Assembly: GCF_001194135.2 (NCBI RefSeq) | Contig: NC_069003.1 | Span: 18,646,982 to 18,683,998, forward strand | DNA: 37,017 bases | Source: Octopus bimaculoides | Taxonomy: Eukaryota | Direction of reading: 5' to 3' | In this document: piece after piece, positions 1-12,639 of the stretch | Numbering within the stretch: position 1 is the stretch's first letter | Layout of the letters: each line of letters opens with the position of its first letter | Notes under the pieces: model-generated | What the model was told of the DNA's origin: nothing | Seen by the model: the letters and a program-made list of their open reading frames with translations, nothing else | Databases searched by the model: none | Translations under genes and position numbers: made by a program

Positions 1-210
1 GATGATGATTAAAACAAAAAATTATTTTATATGAGACTTTGCTAATAAATAGACAAATGTTGAAAAAAAAAACCAGTGATTTTAACTCACAGCAATTAAG
101 CATTCATAATTGGAATGAATAAATAAAACTGAATATTAAGTATTTATAAAATTTTATTTATTGTCGACCAACCTGTATATATACACACACATACATGTAT
201 ACATCCATAT

Positions 211-246
<36 letters not shown>

Positions 247-289
247 GCACACATTTATGACAGGATTCCATATCCTAAATTGTGCCTAT

Positions 290-420
290 GAAATTCACTT
301 ATAGGGCATTGTTTGACCTGGGGGCTATTGTAGAAGACACTTGACCAAGATGTCACACAGTGGGACTGAATCTGAAAACATGTGGTTGCAATGTGAGCTT
401 CTTAACTACACAGCCATGCC
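290..420 (-). mobile_element. SINE family A (tRNA-like head), degenerate
   Basis: Reverse complement resembles the family A head at 9281-9450. Confidence 0.7.
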
Positions 421-655
421 ATAAAGAAAATTTGCACACTGTATTATTTGGTTCTTATACAGAAGCAACGGCAGTAATAAATGCTGAAATCCTCTGCCCA
501 GAGGAGATTATGAGAGTGACACACAGAAATGATAACCATTGCCAACTAATCTAATAGTTAGTTTACACATTTCCTTCCACTCTTAAATAATGTCTTACCC
601 ATGTTTCTTTCTTCTCTACTTTCTACCCACTTCCTTTAATATATATATATATATA

Positions 656-1472
656 NNNNNNNNNNNNNNNNNNNNNNNNNNNNNNNNNNNNNNNNNNNNN
701 NNNNNNNNNNNNNNNNNNNNNNNNNNNNNNNNNNNNNNNNNNNNNNNNNNNNNNNNNNNNNNNNNNNNNNNNNNNNNNNNNNNNNNNNNNNNNNNNNNNN
801 NNNNNNNNNNNNNNNNNNNNNNNNNNNNNNNNNNNNNNNNNNNNNNNNNNNNNNNNNNNNNNNNNNNNNNNNNNNNNNNNNNNNNNNNNNNNNNNNNNNN
901 NNNNNNNNNNNNNNNNNNNNNNNNNNNNNNNNNNNNNNNNNNNNNNNNNNNNNNNNNNNNNNNNNNNNNNNNNNNNNNNNNNNNNNNNNNNNNNNNNNNN
1001 NNNNNNNNNNNNNNNNNNNNNNNNNNNNNNNNNNNNNNNNNNNNNNNNNNNNNNNNNNNNNNNNNNNNNNNNNNNNNNNNNNNNNNNNNNNNNNNNNNNN
1101 NNNNNNNNNNNNNNNNNNNNNNNNNNNNNNNNNNNNNNNNNNNNNNNNNNNNNNNNNNNNNNNNNNNNNNNNNNNNNNNNNNNNNNNNNNNNNNNNNNNN
1201 NNNNNNNNNNNNNNNNNNNNNNNNNNNNNNNNNNNNNNNNNNNNNNNNNNNNNNNNNNNNNNNNNNNNNNNNNNNNNNNNNNNNNNNNNNNNNNNNNNNN
1301 NNNNNNNNNNNNNNNNNNNNNNNNNNNNNNNNNNNNNNNNNNNNNNNNNNNNNNNNNNNNNNNNNNNNNNNNNNNNNNNNNNNNNNNNNNNNNNNNNNNN
1401 NNNNNNNNNNNNNNNNNNNNNNNNNNNNNNNNNNNNNNNNNNNNNNNNNNNNNNNNNNNNNNNNNNNNNNNN
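656..1472. other. Assembly gap (others at 2543-2642, 4372-5365, 6765-6837, 22981-23188, 31428-32072, 36368-36497)
   Basis: N runs, mostly bordered by microsatellites or homopolymers. Confidence 0.99.
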
Positions 1473-1545
1473 TTTATCAACCCCGAAAGGATGAAAAGCA
1501 AAGCCGACCTCGGCAGAATTTGAACTCGGAACATAGTAACAGGTG
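1473..1545 (-). mobile_element. SINE family B fragment
   Basis: Revcomp ...ccgagttcaaattctgccgaggtcggctttgcttttcatcctttcggggttgataaa matches the 18005-18205 copy. Confidence 0.75.
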
Positions 1546-1661
1546 AAATAAATAATAATAATAATAAAAAAAAGAAGAAAAAAGTTGGTTGTTTATCTAA
1601 TAAAAGTAATAATAATAATAATAATAATAATAATAGTAATATTAATATTCATCACATAAGA

Positions 1662-1862
1662 TAGCAGAATCATTAAGCCATCAAAGAAATTGCTTAGTGG
1701 AATTTTTTCCAACTCTTCTCAGTTCAAATCCTACCAAAATGAACTTTACTTTTCATCTTATGGGGTAAATAAAATAAAGAACCAGTTGAGTACTGGAATC
1801 AATGTCATTGACATACTCCCTCCCATGAAATCTGATGGCCTTGTCACAAAATTAAAAAGAAT
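1662..1862 (+). mobile_element. SINE family B, degenerate
   Basis: gcagaatcattaag...cagttcaaatcc...ttttcatctt...ggccttgt matches the other B copies. Confidence 0.65.
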
Positions 1863-1904
1863 ATTCATTACTCACACAGCACAAAATAGCAAATGAAGTC
1901 ACAT

Positions 1905-2150
1905 GTCATGTGGCCTAGCAGTTAGAAGTAGTGGACTCATGACCATTATATCAGGGGTTCAATTCCCAGACTTGTGGCATGTTATGCAAGGCATTTCATT
2001 TCACATTATTCTACTCTGCTTAACTGAAAAAAGCAAGTACCAGTAACAGCTGGGGGAGAGTTAACCCTGCAATGGACTAGCATCCTATTCAAGGGCAGCC
2101 TTGTACTCTCAGCTGCTTAAACACCACAGATAATCCAAGATAAATTCCAA
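1905..2150 (+). mobile_element. Old tRNA-head SINE, distinct family
   Basis: A-box-like gtggcctagcagttag, B-box-like ggttcaattccc, and an aaccctgcaatggactagcatcc tail. Confidence 0.55.
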
Positions 2151-2823
2151 TCTAATGGGCCTGAAGATTTGAGACAGACTTTAACTTAACAAGGCTTGAA
2201 ATGCAAGCAAGGGGAAGAGTAGAGTTGATTCAATCAACCCTCAATACTTGATTGCAACTTATTTTATTGACCCAGGGAGATAAAGTGGAAAAGGCTGAGC
2301 AAATCCTGATGCTTTTTGGTCCATTACAGAATTAACGCTTCTGCAGTTGCTGCTGGTCCTCATTTTTCAGCCAAGTGGATTAATTGGAATAATCTGAAAT
2401 GAAGTGTCTTACATTAGGTACTGCAAGTTTGGAAACTGAACCCACAGTCTAATGGTCAAAGTTCTCATTACTCTAATCACTGAGACATAACTAAATACAT
2501 CCAGGCATTTATCTGACATCTACCACTTCTGCTTTCATCCACNNNNNNNNNNNNNNNNNNNNNNNNNNNNNNNNNNNNNNNNNNNNNNNNNNNNNNNNNN
2601 NNNNNNNNNNNNNNNNNNNNNNNNNNNNNNNNNNNNNNNNNNCGTGGATGGGAAAGCCTTCTTTTTTCTGTCCAGGGCTTATATGCTTCGTTGTTGGATT
2701 GTTTTCCTTAGTCCATGCGCGGTGAATGCCATAAACTTTGGGCTTGTATAAGGGTGCCATTGTTATTATTATTTGCAGGATTGTAAAATACGGCACCGTA
2801 TAATAAAGCCATTCGCACCGAAA

Positions 2824-2866
<43 letters not shown>

Positions 2867-2867
<1 letters not shown>

Positions 2868-3168
2868 TTACTATAGCCTCAGGCTGACCAAAATCTTGTG
2901 AGTGCATTTCGTACTCGGAAACTGAAAGAAGTGTATATGTGTATATTTGTGTATGAGTGTGCTTGTATCTTGTGTTTGTACCTCCACCATTGCTTGACAA
3001 CTGATGTTGCTGTGTTTACATTCCTGTACATTAGCGGTTTGGTAAAAGACACTGACAGAATGAGTACTAGGCTTACAAAGAATAAATCCTGTGCTTGATT
3101 TCTTCGACCAACGGCGGTGCTCCAAGATGGCTGCAGTCACATGACTGAAACAAGTAAAACAATAAAAA
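2867..3168 (+). mobile_element. SINE family A, 5'-truncated
   Basis: ctatagcctcagg...ggaaactgaaagaag...ggcggtgctccaagatggctgcagtcacatgactgaaacaagtaaaa. Confidence 0.8.
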
Positions 3169-3302
3169 TCTATGCCATTTTAATCACAAGCAAGACCGGG
3201 TATCTCTGCTAGTATATATATATATATATATATAAGATGCAGGGCCTTCATCTTTTACTTTTTACTTCTTTCAGTCGACAGAAAAGGATGTTTGAAATAT
3301 AT

Positions 3303-3363
<61 letters not shown>

Positions 3364-3364
3364 C

Positions 3365-4050
3365 TTGGCAGACTCACAAAGAGGGATCTTTAAAAACAAA
3401 GATCTGAACCACCAAATATAACTGAGTGTCTACCAAGCAGTCGTGATCTCCACTCTCCTCTACAGTTGTGAAACCTGGACTCGTTACTGGAGTGACGTCG
3501 AAAAAGTAGAGCAATTTCACCATCAAAAGCACAGCTCTACTACAAATATCAAATAGAATGACTATGTGACTAATGTCTCCATTCTGGAGAGAACAAAAAG
3601 CAGCAGCATCAAGGCCACCATCCTGAAACATCATCTGAGATGGGTGGGCCAGATAGCAAGAATGAAAGAGACCAGGCTGCCTTGTCAAATTTTATATGGT
3701 GAACTTTTCATCAGAAGAAGACTCCATGGCTGTCCCCTCTATTGATACAAGAACCAGCTGAAGCAAAGCTTAAAAACTGACTGGAATCGATCCCAAAGCC
3801 TGAGACATTGAAACTGAGACAGATCACTTTGAAGCTGAACAACAGAGGAAAGAAGAAGAGAAACAAAAACGAAAATGGAGGCTGCAACAACCAAAGTCTC
3901 CACCACGAATCCCTTGTGAACTTTGCAATAGACACTTCCATGCAAGAATCAGCCTCTTTAGTCGGCATACACATGGACTGAAGAGAAGCAGCAGTCAAGA
4001 AGAAGCCAAATAGATTATCGGGCACATGATAAAATGCCAATGACAGCAAT
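3365..4050 (+). mobile_element. RTE/BovB-like LINE, 3' fragment (post-RT region), degenerate
   Basis: Plus frame: LSVYQAVVISTLLYSCETWT...YVTNVSILER...HHLRWVGQIARMKETRLPCQILYGEL and terminal CELCNRHFHARISLFSRH. These are typical RTE C-terminal motifs. Stops are present and the 5' end is truncated at a (TA)n tract. Confidence 0.88.
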
Positions 4051-4268
4051 ATATACACATAGATATATAGTTATACACACACACATACATGTGTGTGTGC
4101 ATAAATGTAATTCTTTTCTCAAATAAATTGCACCTCATATTCAAGGCTCTGATGAAGCTATAAGGTTTTATTCAAGCACTCATCTATGAGTCTACTGTAT
4201 GTATGTGTGAGCAGACAAACGAAAGAAGGGTGCTCACCACATGTAAGGAATTTGAATCAAACTGTTTC

Positions 4269-4300
<32 letters not shown>

Positions 4301-5365
4301 ATATATGTATATGTATGTATATATATGTATGTATGTATATATATACATGTATATGTATGTATATATATATGNNNNNNNNNNNNNNNNNNNNNNNNNNNNN
4401 NNNNNNNNNNNNNNNNNNNNNNNNNNNNNNNNNNNNNNNNNNNNNNNNNNNNNNNNNNNNNNNNNNNNNNNNNNNNNNNNNNNNNNNNNNNNNNNNNNNN
4501 NNNNNNNNNNNNNNNNNNNNNNNNNNNNNNNNNNNNNNNNNNNNNNNNNNNNNNNNNNNNNNNNNNNNNNNNNNNNNNNNNNNNNNNNNNNNNNNNNNNN
4601 NNNNNNNNNNNNNNNNNNNNNNNNNNNNNNNNNNNNNNNNNNNNNNNNNNNNNNNNNNNNNNNNNNNNNNNNNNNNNNNNNNNNNNNNNNNNNNNNNNNN
4701 NNNNNNNNNNNNNNNNNNNNNNNNNNNNNNNNNNNNNNNNNNNNNNNNNNNNNNNNNNNNNNNNNNNNNNNNNNNNNNNNNNNNNNNNNNNNNNNNNNNN
4801 NNNNNNNNNNNNNNNNNNNNNNNNNNNNNNNNNNNNNNNNNNNNNNNNNNNNNNNNNNNNNNNNNNNNNNNNNNNNNNNNNNNNNNNNNNNNNNNNNNNN
4901 NNNNNNNNNNNNNNNNNNNNNNNNNNNNNNNNNNNNNNNNNNNNNNNNNNNNNNNNNNNNNNNNNNNNNNNNNNNNNNNNNNNNNNNNNNNNNNNNNNNN
5001 NNNNNNNNNNNNNNNNNNNNNNNNNNNNNNNNNNNNNNNNNNNNNNNNNNNNNNNNNNNNNNNNNNNNNNNNNNNNNNNNNNNNNNNNNNNNNNNNNNNN
5101 NNNNNNNNNNNNNNNNNNNNNNNNNNNNNNNNNNNNNNNNNNNNNNNNNNNNNNNNNNNNNNNNNNNNNNNNNNNNNNNNNNNNNNNNNNNNNNNNNNNN
5201 NNNNNNNNNNNNNNNNNNNNNNNNNNNNNNNNNNNNNNNNNNNNNNNNNNNNNNNNNNNNNNNNNNNNNNNNNNNNNNNNNNNNNNNNNNNNNNNNNNNN
5301 NNNNNNNNNNNNNNNNNNNNNNNNNNNNNNNNNNNNNNNNNNNNNNNNNNNNNNNNNNNNNNNNN

Positions 5366-5400
<35 letters not shown>

Positions 5401-5989
5401 CACCTTATTTTGGAATTGTTTGGATAATACCATACTTAATTCTGGTTCCTAAACTCAAGTACCATATTCACCTTGAATCTAAATTTTATATATTCAAAGA
5501 GTCTTTCTGCAGTAAGTATTTTATTGCAAAATAAATATTTATAAGATGGTATAAGACTACTAAAGAACATATTAGACTTTACAAGACTTTAAAAAAACTT
5601 TATAAGAGGTGTTGAAAGTGTCGTCCTTCATTTTCAATACATAAAATTTAATTTCTTTTTTGCTGCTGTGTAAGCACATCATAGGCTGATCTCCATTTCC
5701 TGTGACAATTTGTGTAAGGACTTTGATGGGCTTGCCATCCTTGAGCTTGTGTTTCTAAATTTTCTTATGAAATCCCACACAGTGTCACAATGTGGAATTT
5801 GGAAAGATTACACTGAACTTTTGTTTCACAGCATCTGTGTATTTGTTTCCAGCTCGAAACACCCATTCAACTAAATACATACATTCTTCAATGGTTAGCA
5901 TGTTGACATGCTGAAGGGTACACAATGACTGAGGGACAATGGCTGACACCCAGCCACCCACATAGTGTTAGGCAATTTGCACATGCACA

Positions 5990-7850
5990 GGATGAAAAAA
6001 TTCACAGCAGAGAGACTTTTTGAACAACCTAAGTTAATTCTAAGGTTCTTCGAATCTTGACCTTGTTTCCATACCTGGAGCTTCTCTAGCTCAGGTAGTG
6101 ATTCAGCTATAAGAGCAAGGTCATCAGCATAGAAGAGCTCCCAGGGGCAGCCTGTCTTGAATTCTTCTGTTATTGCCTGGAGGACTATGATGAATAAGAG
6201 GGAGATGAGCACCAATCCTTGGTGAACCCCCTACTTGTACCCCGAATTCTTCCCTGTACTTGTTGTCCACCTTCACCTTACTGATAGCATCCCTATACAA
6301 GGCCTGTACAGCTCTCACCAACCACTTGTCTATCCCTAGTTTCTGCATTGACCACCAGATAATGGATCGAAGGACTTTATCAAAAGCTTTCTACAAGTCA
6401 ACAAAAGCCAAGTAGAGAGGCTTATCTTTGGCTAGGTATTTTTCCTGCAGTTGCCTTATCAGAAATAAATCATCAGTGGTGCTTCTACTTGGTACAAAGC
6501 CAAACTGCATCTCATCTAAGCTAACTCTCTCCCTGATTAGTTAGGCTATGACCCTCACTATACTTTCATCACCTGATCCAATAATTTGATACCCCTGTAA
6601 TTATTTCTATCTAAAGCATCACCGTTACTTTTATAGCAGTTGACTATAGTGCTGCTACACCAGTCATTGAGTATGATTCCTTCATGAACCATTTGATTTA
6701 CAATATGGGTGACTAGACCCTAATCCATACCACCAGATATTTTATCATGGGCCGGGGGGGGGGGNNNNNNNNNNNNNNNNNNNNNNNNNNNNNNNNNNNN
6801 NNNNNNNNNNNNNNNNNNNNNNNNNNNNNNNNNNNNNTCCTTTGTTCATATCCTTAATTGCTTTATCTACCAGGGTACTGTCAATTCGGATAGGTGGTCC
6901 CTCAGTTGCGTCAACATTTGGCAGACTCTCCTCCTCCCATTCATTCTCCATGTTCAGCAGTCTTTCATAATGGCACTTCCAAGCCACTTTCTTTGCAGAC
7001 TCATTAAATGCAAGTGCACCATTATCCATGCAGAAACATTTCTCTCCTATGACATCACAATTTTCTCTCCCACACTGTCTTGCAATCCGAAATACTTCAA
7101 TCCATTGGTCCTCACAGCACTGAACAAAGGCAAACTTCTTTTCTGCTTCTCCCTTGGCAAGATATACTTGTCTTTTAGCTTCCATTCTGGTTATCTGATA
7201 CAGTTCCCTGCTAACCCCACCCTTCCAGGCTTTCTAGGCCTGTTTCTTTTGCTCTAATGGCCCTGTCTATGGTATTGTTCCACCACCACCTTACCCTGGG
7301 TCTGGAAGGGACTTTGCACCAGCCACAAATTTGGTCTGTAGCACTAATTCCACCATGGTCCCCATGAACCGGGCTGTAGATACCGGGCTGCCATCTGACA
7401 TGCCCAGTGAAATCCCCAGCCATGAAGATGAGATCATTGTCATAGCCTGCAGATGAATATCATAAAAGTGGTCCTTCTGTTCATTTGGTGGGCTGCTTGT
7501 GGGGTGTAGGCAGATATAATTGTAGCTATACTATTCTGCAAGACTAGCCTGAGCTTAAGTACACTATCGCATACTGTAACTGCCTCTATGACCTTATCCA
7601 CTCATTTCTCAGCTAGGAGTATGCCCATACCACCTACTTCATCACTGTTACCTTCCCAGATTTTATACCTATGTGTCTTGCATGTGAGGAACCTGGCTGA
7701 AGCTCCTCTCTACCTAACTTCTTGGATGCAACATACATCAACATGCTTCCTTTCAAGCATCTCTACAATCTTGCTAGATCTAAGTTTCAGTGTGCCTACA
7801 TTTACAGTACCAACTCTGAAAACTAGGAAAGGGATGTGGGGGGGGGGGAT
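5990..7850 (-). mobile_element. RTE-clade LINE (APE endonuclease + RT), internally deleted
   Basis: Minus frames: RVGTVNVGTLK...DVCCIQEVR (APE), MAGDFTGHV, DEMQFGFVP, KPLYLAFVDL*KAFD, SLLFIIVLQAITEEFKTGCPWELFYADDLALIAES (RT). Contains frameshifts and an assembly gap. Confidence 0.92.
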
Positions 7851-7916
7851 ACTGAAAAGAAGGTTTCCATGATTGTTTGATAGCAGTCATGTCATAACAG
7901 TTGCTCTCGCTTTTAA

Positions 7917-8233
7917 CAGGAAAAGAAAGATGGACGATGGTCACATGTGAGCAATGAGAAAGAGAATAAGTGAAAGCAGTGGAGAGAGAGAGAGAGAGAT
8001 AGAAAATGGTGAAAGAGGGAAGGGAGAAAAAGAGAATTAGAGAAGGATGGAAGAAGAAAACAGTATCCATTTCCAAATAAGTTTATATTCACCTTTTCGG
8101 TGTGACTATTCTATATTGTTTTCTTCCTCCATCCTTCTCTAATTCCCTTTTTCTCACCCTCTCTCTTTCACCGTTTTTTATCTGTCTCTCTCTCGTTTTT
8201 CACACATGACCATCGTCCATCTTTCTTTTCCTG
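7917..8233. repeat. Imperfect inverted repeat (arms 7917-8066 and 8113-8233)
   Basis: Left arm caggaaaagaaagatggacgatggtca...gaattagagaaggatggaagaagaaaacagtat is the reverse complement of right arm atattgttttcttcctccatccttctctaattc...tgaccatcgtccatctttcttttcctg. Confidence 0.9.
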
Positions 8234-8605
8234 CAGATGTTCAAAATACTGAACATATTATTTCTCTATCTTTTTTCTTTTCAAAGAAAATATTTCTCCC
8301 AGCATTCACTATTTTCCTCTTGTTCTGGTCTAATGACCCTCCATGTTTGTTTTCATTCAGTTTCCTTGCATGTCTCCACTGTCCTGTTTTTTTCCCCAAC
8401 TTTGACCCTCCATAAATCCAAAATTTTATTTAAAAATTTATGGGAGCAACTGTCTTCAAAGACTCATATTGTCATTGAATGCTTGAAATAAGGAGTAGAT
8501 AGACCACCGACAACTGATGAAGGGTCCTTTCTCTGTGTTTACCTGTCCTGTGTTTACATATTTCATGTTTGCACAGTAGCATATATATTATTATTATTAT
8601 TATTG

Positions 8606-8636
<31 letters not shown>

Positions 8637-8695
8637 GGGGGGAGAAAGAGAGGGAAAGATGATTTTGAAGGGGACACACACACACACACATAGCC

Positions 8696-8892
8696 ATGGC
8701 TGTGTGTGTGTAAGAAGCTTGCTTCTCAACCACATGGTTCCGGGTGCAGTCCCACTGCGTGGCACCTTGGACAAGTCTTCTACTATAGCCTCAGACCGGC
8801 CGAAGCTTTGTGAGTGGATCTGGTAAATGGAAACTGAAAGAAGCCTGTCGTATATATGTGTGTGCCCCCACCATCACTTGACAACCAATGGT
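8696..8892 (+). mobile_element. SINE family A
   Basis: aaccacatggttccgggtgcagtcccactgcgtggcaccttgg, nearly identical to the 9281 copy. Confidence 0.85.
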
Positions 8893-9280
8893 AATGAAGA
8901 AGATGTTTGTGGTGGTAAGGAAGGAGGCCTGTGTACTTTAGAACTGCACTGCTTCTGACATTTTAGTTTACTATCTAGTCGCAAAAAGTCTCAAGTTTCT
9001 CTCTCTCCCATCTTTCATCCCTACCACCACCAATTGACTATATCTTAGAAACAAAACAAAACAAAAATGATAAAAATATCTAACAGACACTGTGATAATA
9101 CACAGTATGAGATGAACCAGAGACTGAGGGAACATGATAGAAAGAGGAAATACTGCTATAAGCAAAATTATTTAACAGATATGTCTATTTTCAAAGTTTT
9201 GTTTGTAACTGATATTACATAATATACTTCATGAGGACAGTTGATAAAAGGAAGTGATAGAATATCTTGTTTTATATGTA

Positions 9281-9460
9281 GGTGCAAGAGTGGCTGTGTG
9301 GTAAGTAGCTTGCTTACTAACCACATGGTTCCGGGTTCAGTCCCACTGCGTGGCACCTTGGGCAAGTGTCTTCTACTATAGCCTCGGGCCGACCAAAGCC
9401 TTGTGAGTGGATTTGGTAGACGGAAACTGAAAGAAGCCTGTCGTATATACATGTGTGTGT
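9281..9460 (+). mobile_element. SINE family A, best-preserved head
   Basis: A box TGGCTGTGTGG and B box GGTTCAGTCCC, followed by the family body and a long (TA)n(GA)n tract. Confidence 0.9.
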
Positions 9461-9461
9461 G

Positions 9462-9541
<80 letters not shown>

Positions 9542-9563
9542 AGAGAGAGAGAGAGAGAGAGAG
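9462..9563. repeat. (TA)n followed by (GA)n microsatellite
   Basis: Direct reading; many similar TA/CA/TG tracts occur, e.g. 210-250, 2826-2865, 3298-3360, 13995-14140, 22780-22980, 29426-29471. Confidence 0.95.
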
Positions 9564-9954
9564 AACAGATTAGAGAACTGAAGAGAAAGAGTAGATGTTT
9601 ATTCCATTCCTTTACAACTATTTCATAATCTTGCTAGTTATATAATGTTACATATAAAACAAACATATACAAATATATGTGCATGTGTGCACCCATATAT
9701 TGAAGGCCACTGATATGAGAACCAACAGACTAACCTTCAAAATGATACATGGTGGTTGAAAAACACCGACTATCACTCGTACAGAGAAGAAGCTGATACT
9801 GCATACATCCACAAGCAATAGATATCCTCAATATGTTGCCATTTATGATTTACTCTAAGAGTAACAATATTAATAGAATAGTAATTCAAATGAAGAAACT
9901 GTATAATACCGCAAAGTTAAATACAAAAATCAAAGAAAGATGCTGACCTCAGTG

Positions 9955-10070
9955 GGAATTAAACTGGTGATCCTGGAAAAACATTAGTCAAAGTAGACTT
10001 CAGCAAGATTTGAACTCAGAACATGAAGTGTTTCATCCAATATTGAAACTACTCTGCCAATTTATCTCCA
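9955..10070 (-). mobile_element. SINE family B fragment
   Basis: aaagtagacttcagcaagatttgaactcagaac is the revcomp of the B core. Confidence 0.6.
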
Positions 10071-10321
10071 GTTGATGCCTCATGTCTAATATTTACTCAT
10101 TTTTAAACTATTGACAAACGAATTCCTAAAGCTGCCAAGATTATCTATTTTTTCTGACAAGGTTATTTTTTAATGGCTGGATTGGTAAAGAAAGGTGTCC
10201 ATGAGAAGAGACAGATTTATCACTCGTTGGTGTATTGGAGATATAAACTGAATATTTAAAACAGGGTGGGTGATACATTAGATGGGCAATGGAGCACGAA
10301 TGGTTTCTCATCTCTTCTACA

Positions 10322-10466
10322 GGCTTCCACACAGTTTCTGACAAGGGATTTTCACTCACAAGGCTTTGACCAACCCTATGCAGCAGTGGAAAACAGTCGC
10401 TAAGGCGTCATGCGGTTGGATTGAACCCAAAACTGGAGTTGCAAAGTAAACTTTTAACCACCACAC
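10322..10466 (-). mobile_element. SINE family A, degenerate
   Basis: cactcacaaggctttgacc...ggattgaaccc is the revcomp of the A head. Confidence 0.6.
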
Positions 10467-10524
10467 ATCCAATACCTCATCACATTTTTAGATACGAACC
10501 TCTTTCTGTCTTACATTGAAGAGG

Positions 10525-11155
10525 TAGGACAGCAGGCTGACAGAATTGTTAGCAAAATTCTTAGCAGCACTTCTTCCAACTGCATGTTCTGAATTTAAAT
10601 ATCACCAAGGTCAACTTTGTCTTTTATCCTTTCATGGTTAATCAGTCAAGTACTGAAGTCAATGTAATTGACTGGTCCTCCCTCCAGCTAAAGTTGCTGG
10701 CCTTGTGCCAGCAACTTAGAAGTTATTGTCACCTTCTAAGGCAGTGAGCTGGCAGAATTGTTGGCATGTTGAATAAAATGTTTAGTGACATTTCTTCTGG
10801 ATTTTTACATTCTGAGTTCAAATCCTGCTAAGGTCAACTTTGCCTTTTATTCTTCTGGAGTTAAAACAAAGTACCAGTCAAGTACTAAGGTTGGTGCGAT
10901 TGACCTGCCCCTCTCCTTTCAAATTGCTTACCTTGAGTCAAAATTAGAAAGTATTTCAAGTTTTGATACAAGGACAATAAGTTCAGGGTTGGGGTAAGTT
11001 GATTACATCAACCTCAGTGCTCAACCGGTGCTTATTTTATTGGCCACAAAAGGATGAAAGGCAAAGTATGTCTCAGAACATAAAAACACATGAAATGAGC
11101 AAAGCATTTTGCCCCAGCATGCTAATGCTTCTGCCAGATCACTGCCTTAAAAGAT
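10525..11155. mobile_element. Cluster of three SINE family B copies (10525-10725 +, 10737-10950 +, 10965-11155 -)
   Basis: Repeated ggcagaattgtt...gagttcaaatcc..aaggtcaactttgccttt motif; the third copy is reversed. Confidence 0.8.
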
Positions 11156-12639
11156 ACAGAATATTACATTGTAGCAGTGTTGTTTTAGTCATTTAAAAGA
11201 AGAAAAATTTGAAGTTTACATTTCATTTTATTTCCTGAGATTTCAAAAAGTTTCATTAGTCAACAATGACCGAGTCACTGACAAAATTTTATTGCAACTG
11301 TTGAGAAGTTAGTTAATAACCAGTTCATATAAAACTTCTTGATTTATACATATTAACCTCGATTTCTTTAATGTCAATCAATTAATACGCACACACATTC
11401 ACACACACAGTAGATTGATATAACTATAAGTTCTATTTTATTTATTTACAATTTGATTTAAATGTGTCACCATACTATTATTTTTTATTAACTGTTTCTT
11501 TTTCTTATCTCCTTTGCATGTCATGATACTCTACTCTGTATCAATAAAAGCAATTAGGTACAAGTATTTCACCTTCCAGCACAACAGTTCTTGTAGTTTT
11601 CACTGCCAAAACTGTACAACTTACAAAGCTGATTAATTTAATAGATACATCCAGTTTTCCTTGACAATTTTGAGGTTACTTTCTTGAATAATTCTAAATC
11701 TACCACCTAATTCACTATTTGGTGATGCATTTTTTTCCCATCATATAGTCAAACCTATAGCTATCATACCATGTACTGATCTTGGCAATCTTATTTCTAA
11801 CAACCCCATTCCAAAATTTTTTACATTATAGAATGTATGTTCAATCGAAAGGCGAGCTCCATTATTACTTGTTTGAAAGATATATGCAGTCTATTCTAAA
11901 TATAAGATATTGTCCCACTTTCTTGTGTGAATATTTACAAGTTTCCCTTCGCTCATATCACTGATGGAGTAATCTTTGTAATGTTAAAGATGTAAGATCA
12001 CCAGTGACTGTGACGATGCACAACATTAGCAGTGACTGACTTTCAGAGTTTTAGTTGCATATTGTTCATATTTAAGAAGGGTGGGTACATATTTTTTTCT
12101 TCTTTTCAGTAAGCACTGGTGTGCACCATTGCAACCTACATTATACATGTAAATGTCTCATATGCAATGCTTCCACCCATTTTGTGCATGTGATATCTTA
12201 TTCAACTAAAAGTTATTTCCCAATAATGAAATATGTTTTTGTAGTTTGTTTGTTTTAAGTAAAAAAGAAAGGAAAAATAGTAATTAACAGAGGATATTTG
12301 AGAAAGGTTGTTAAGGGCAGTAAGAGAGAAAGAGGTAGATGGGTGGCTGGGTGGCTGGAAGACAGAATCAGAAGAATGGCAAACTGAATGTCTTGAAGTA
12401 TTTCATTTCTTTCTTGATTCAAATCTCGCCTTTTATCATGCCACTGGTCAACAAAATAAGTATCAGTTAAGTACTTCTTGTGTTGATTTAATCGACAACA
12501 GTCTGGTGAATGAAGTGACATAAATTAGTTCCAACTCTTTAATATTTTGAATGCCACAAAAGCAAGTAATTCTGAGTTGAAATTTCAGATTTAAATCCCA
12601 GAGATTAAACCTATATAATCTAGCTTATGTTGATATTTT

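Noticed and set aside
4150-4235. CTGATGA...CGAAA as a possible hammerhead
   Set aside because: No complementary stem I partner or cleavage triplet follows the GAAA.
590-5452. Long ORFs of 300-400 aa in the track (also 22871-23207, 31042-32187, 36274-36598)
   Set aside because: They run through N gaps and TA/CA microsatellites and are artefacts.
8484-8525. GAAA...CTGATGA as a permuted (type II) hammerhead
   Set aside because: Stems I and III do not pair.
9291-9350. tRNA gene
   Set aside because: A and B boxes are present but there is no cloverleaf; it continues into a SINE body repeated many times in the window.
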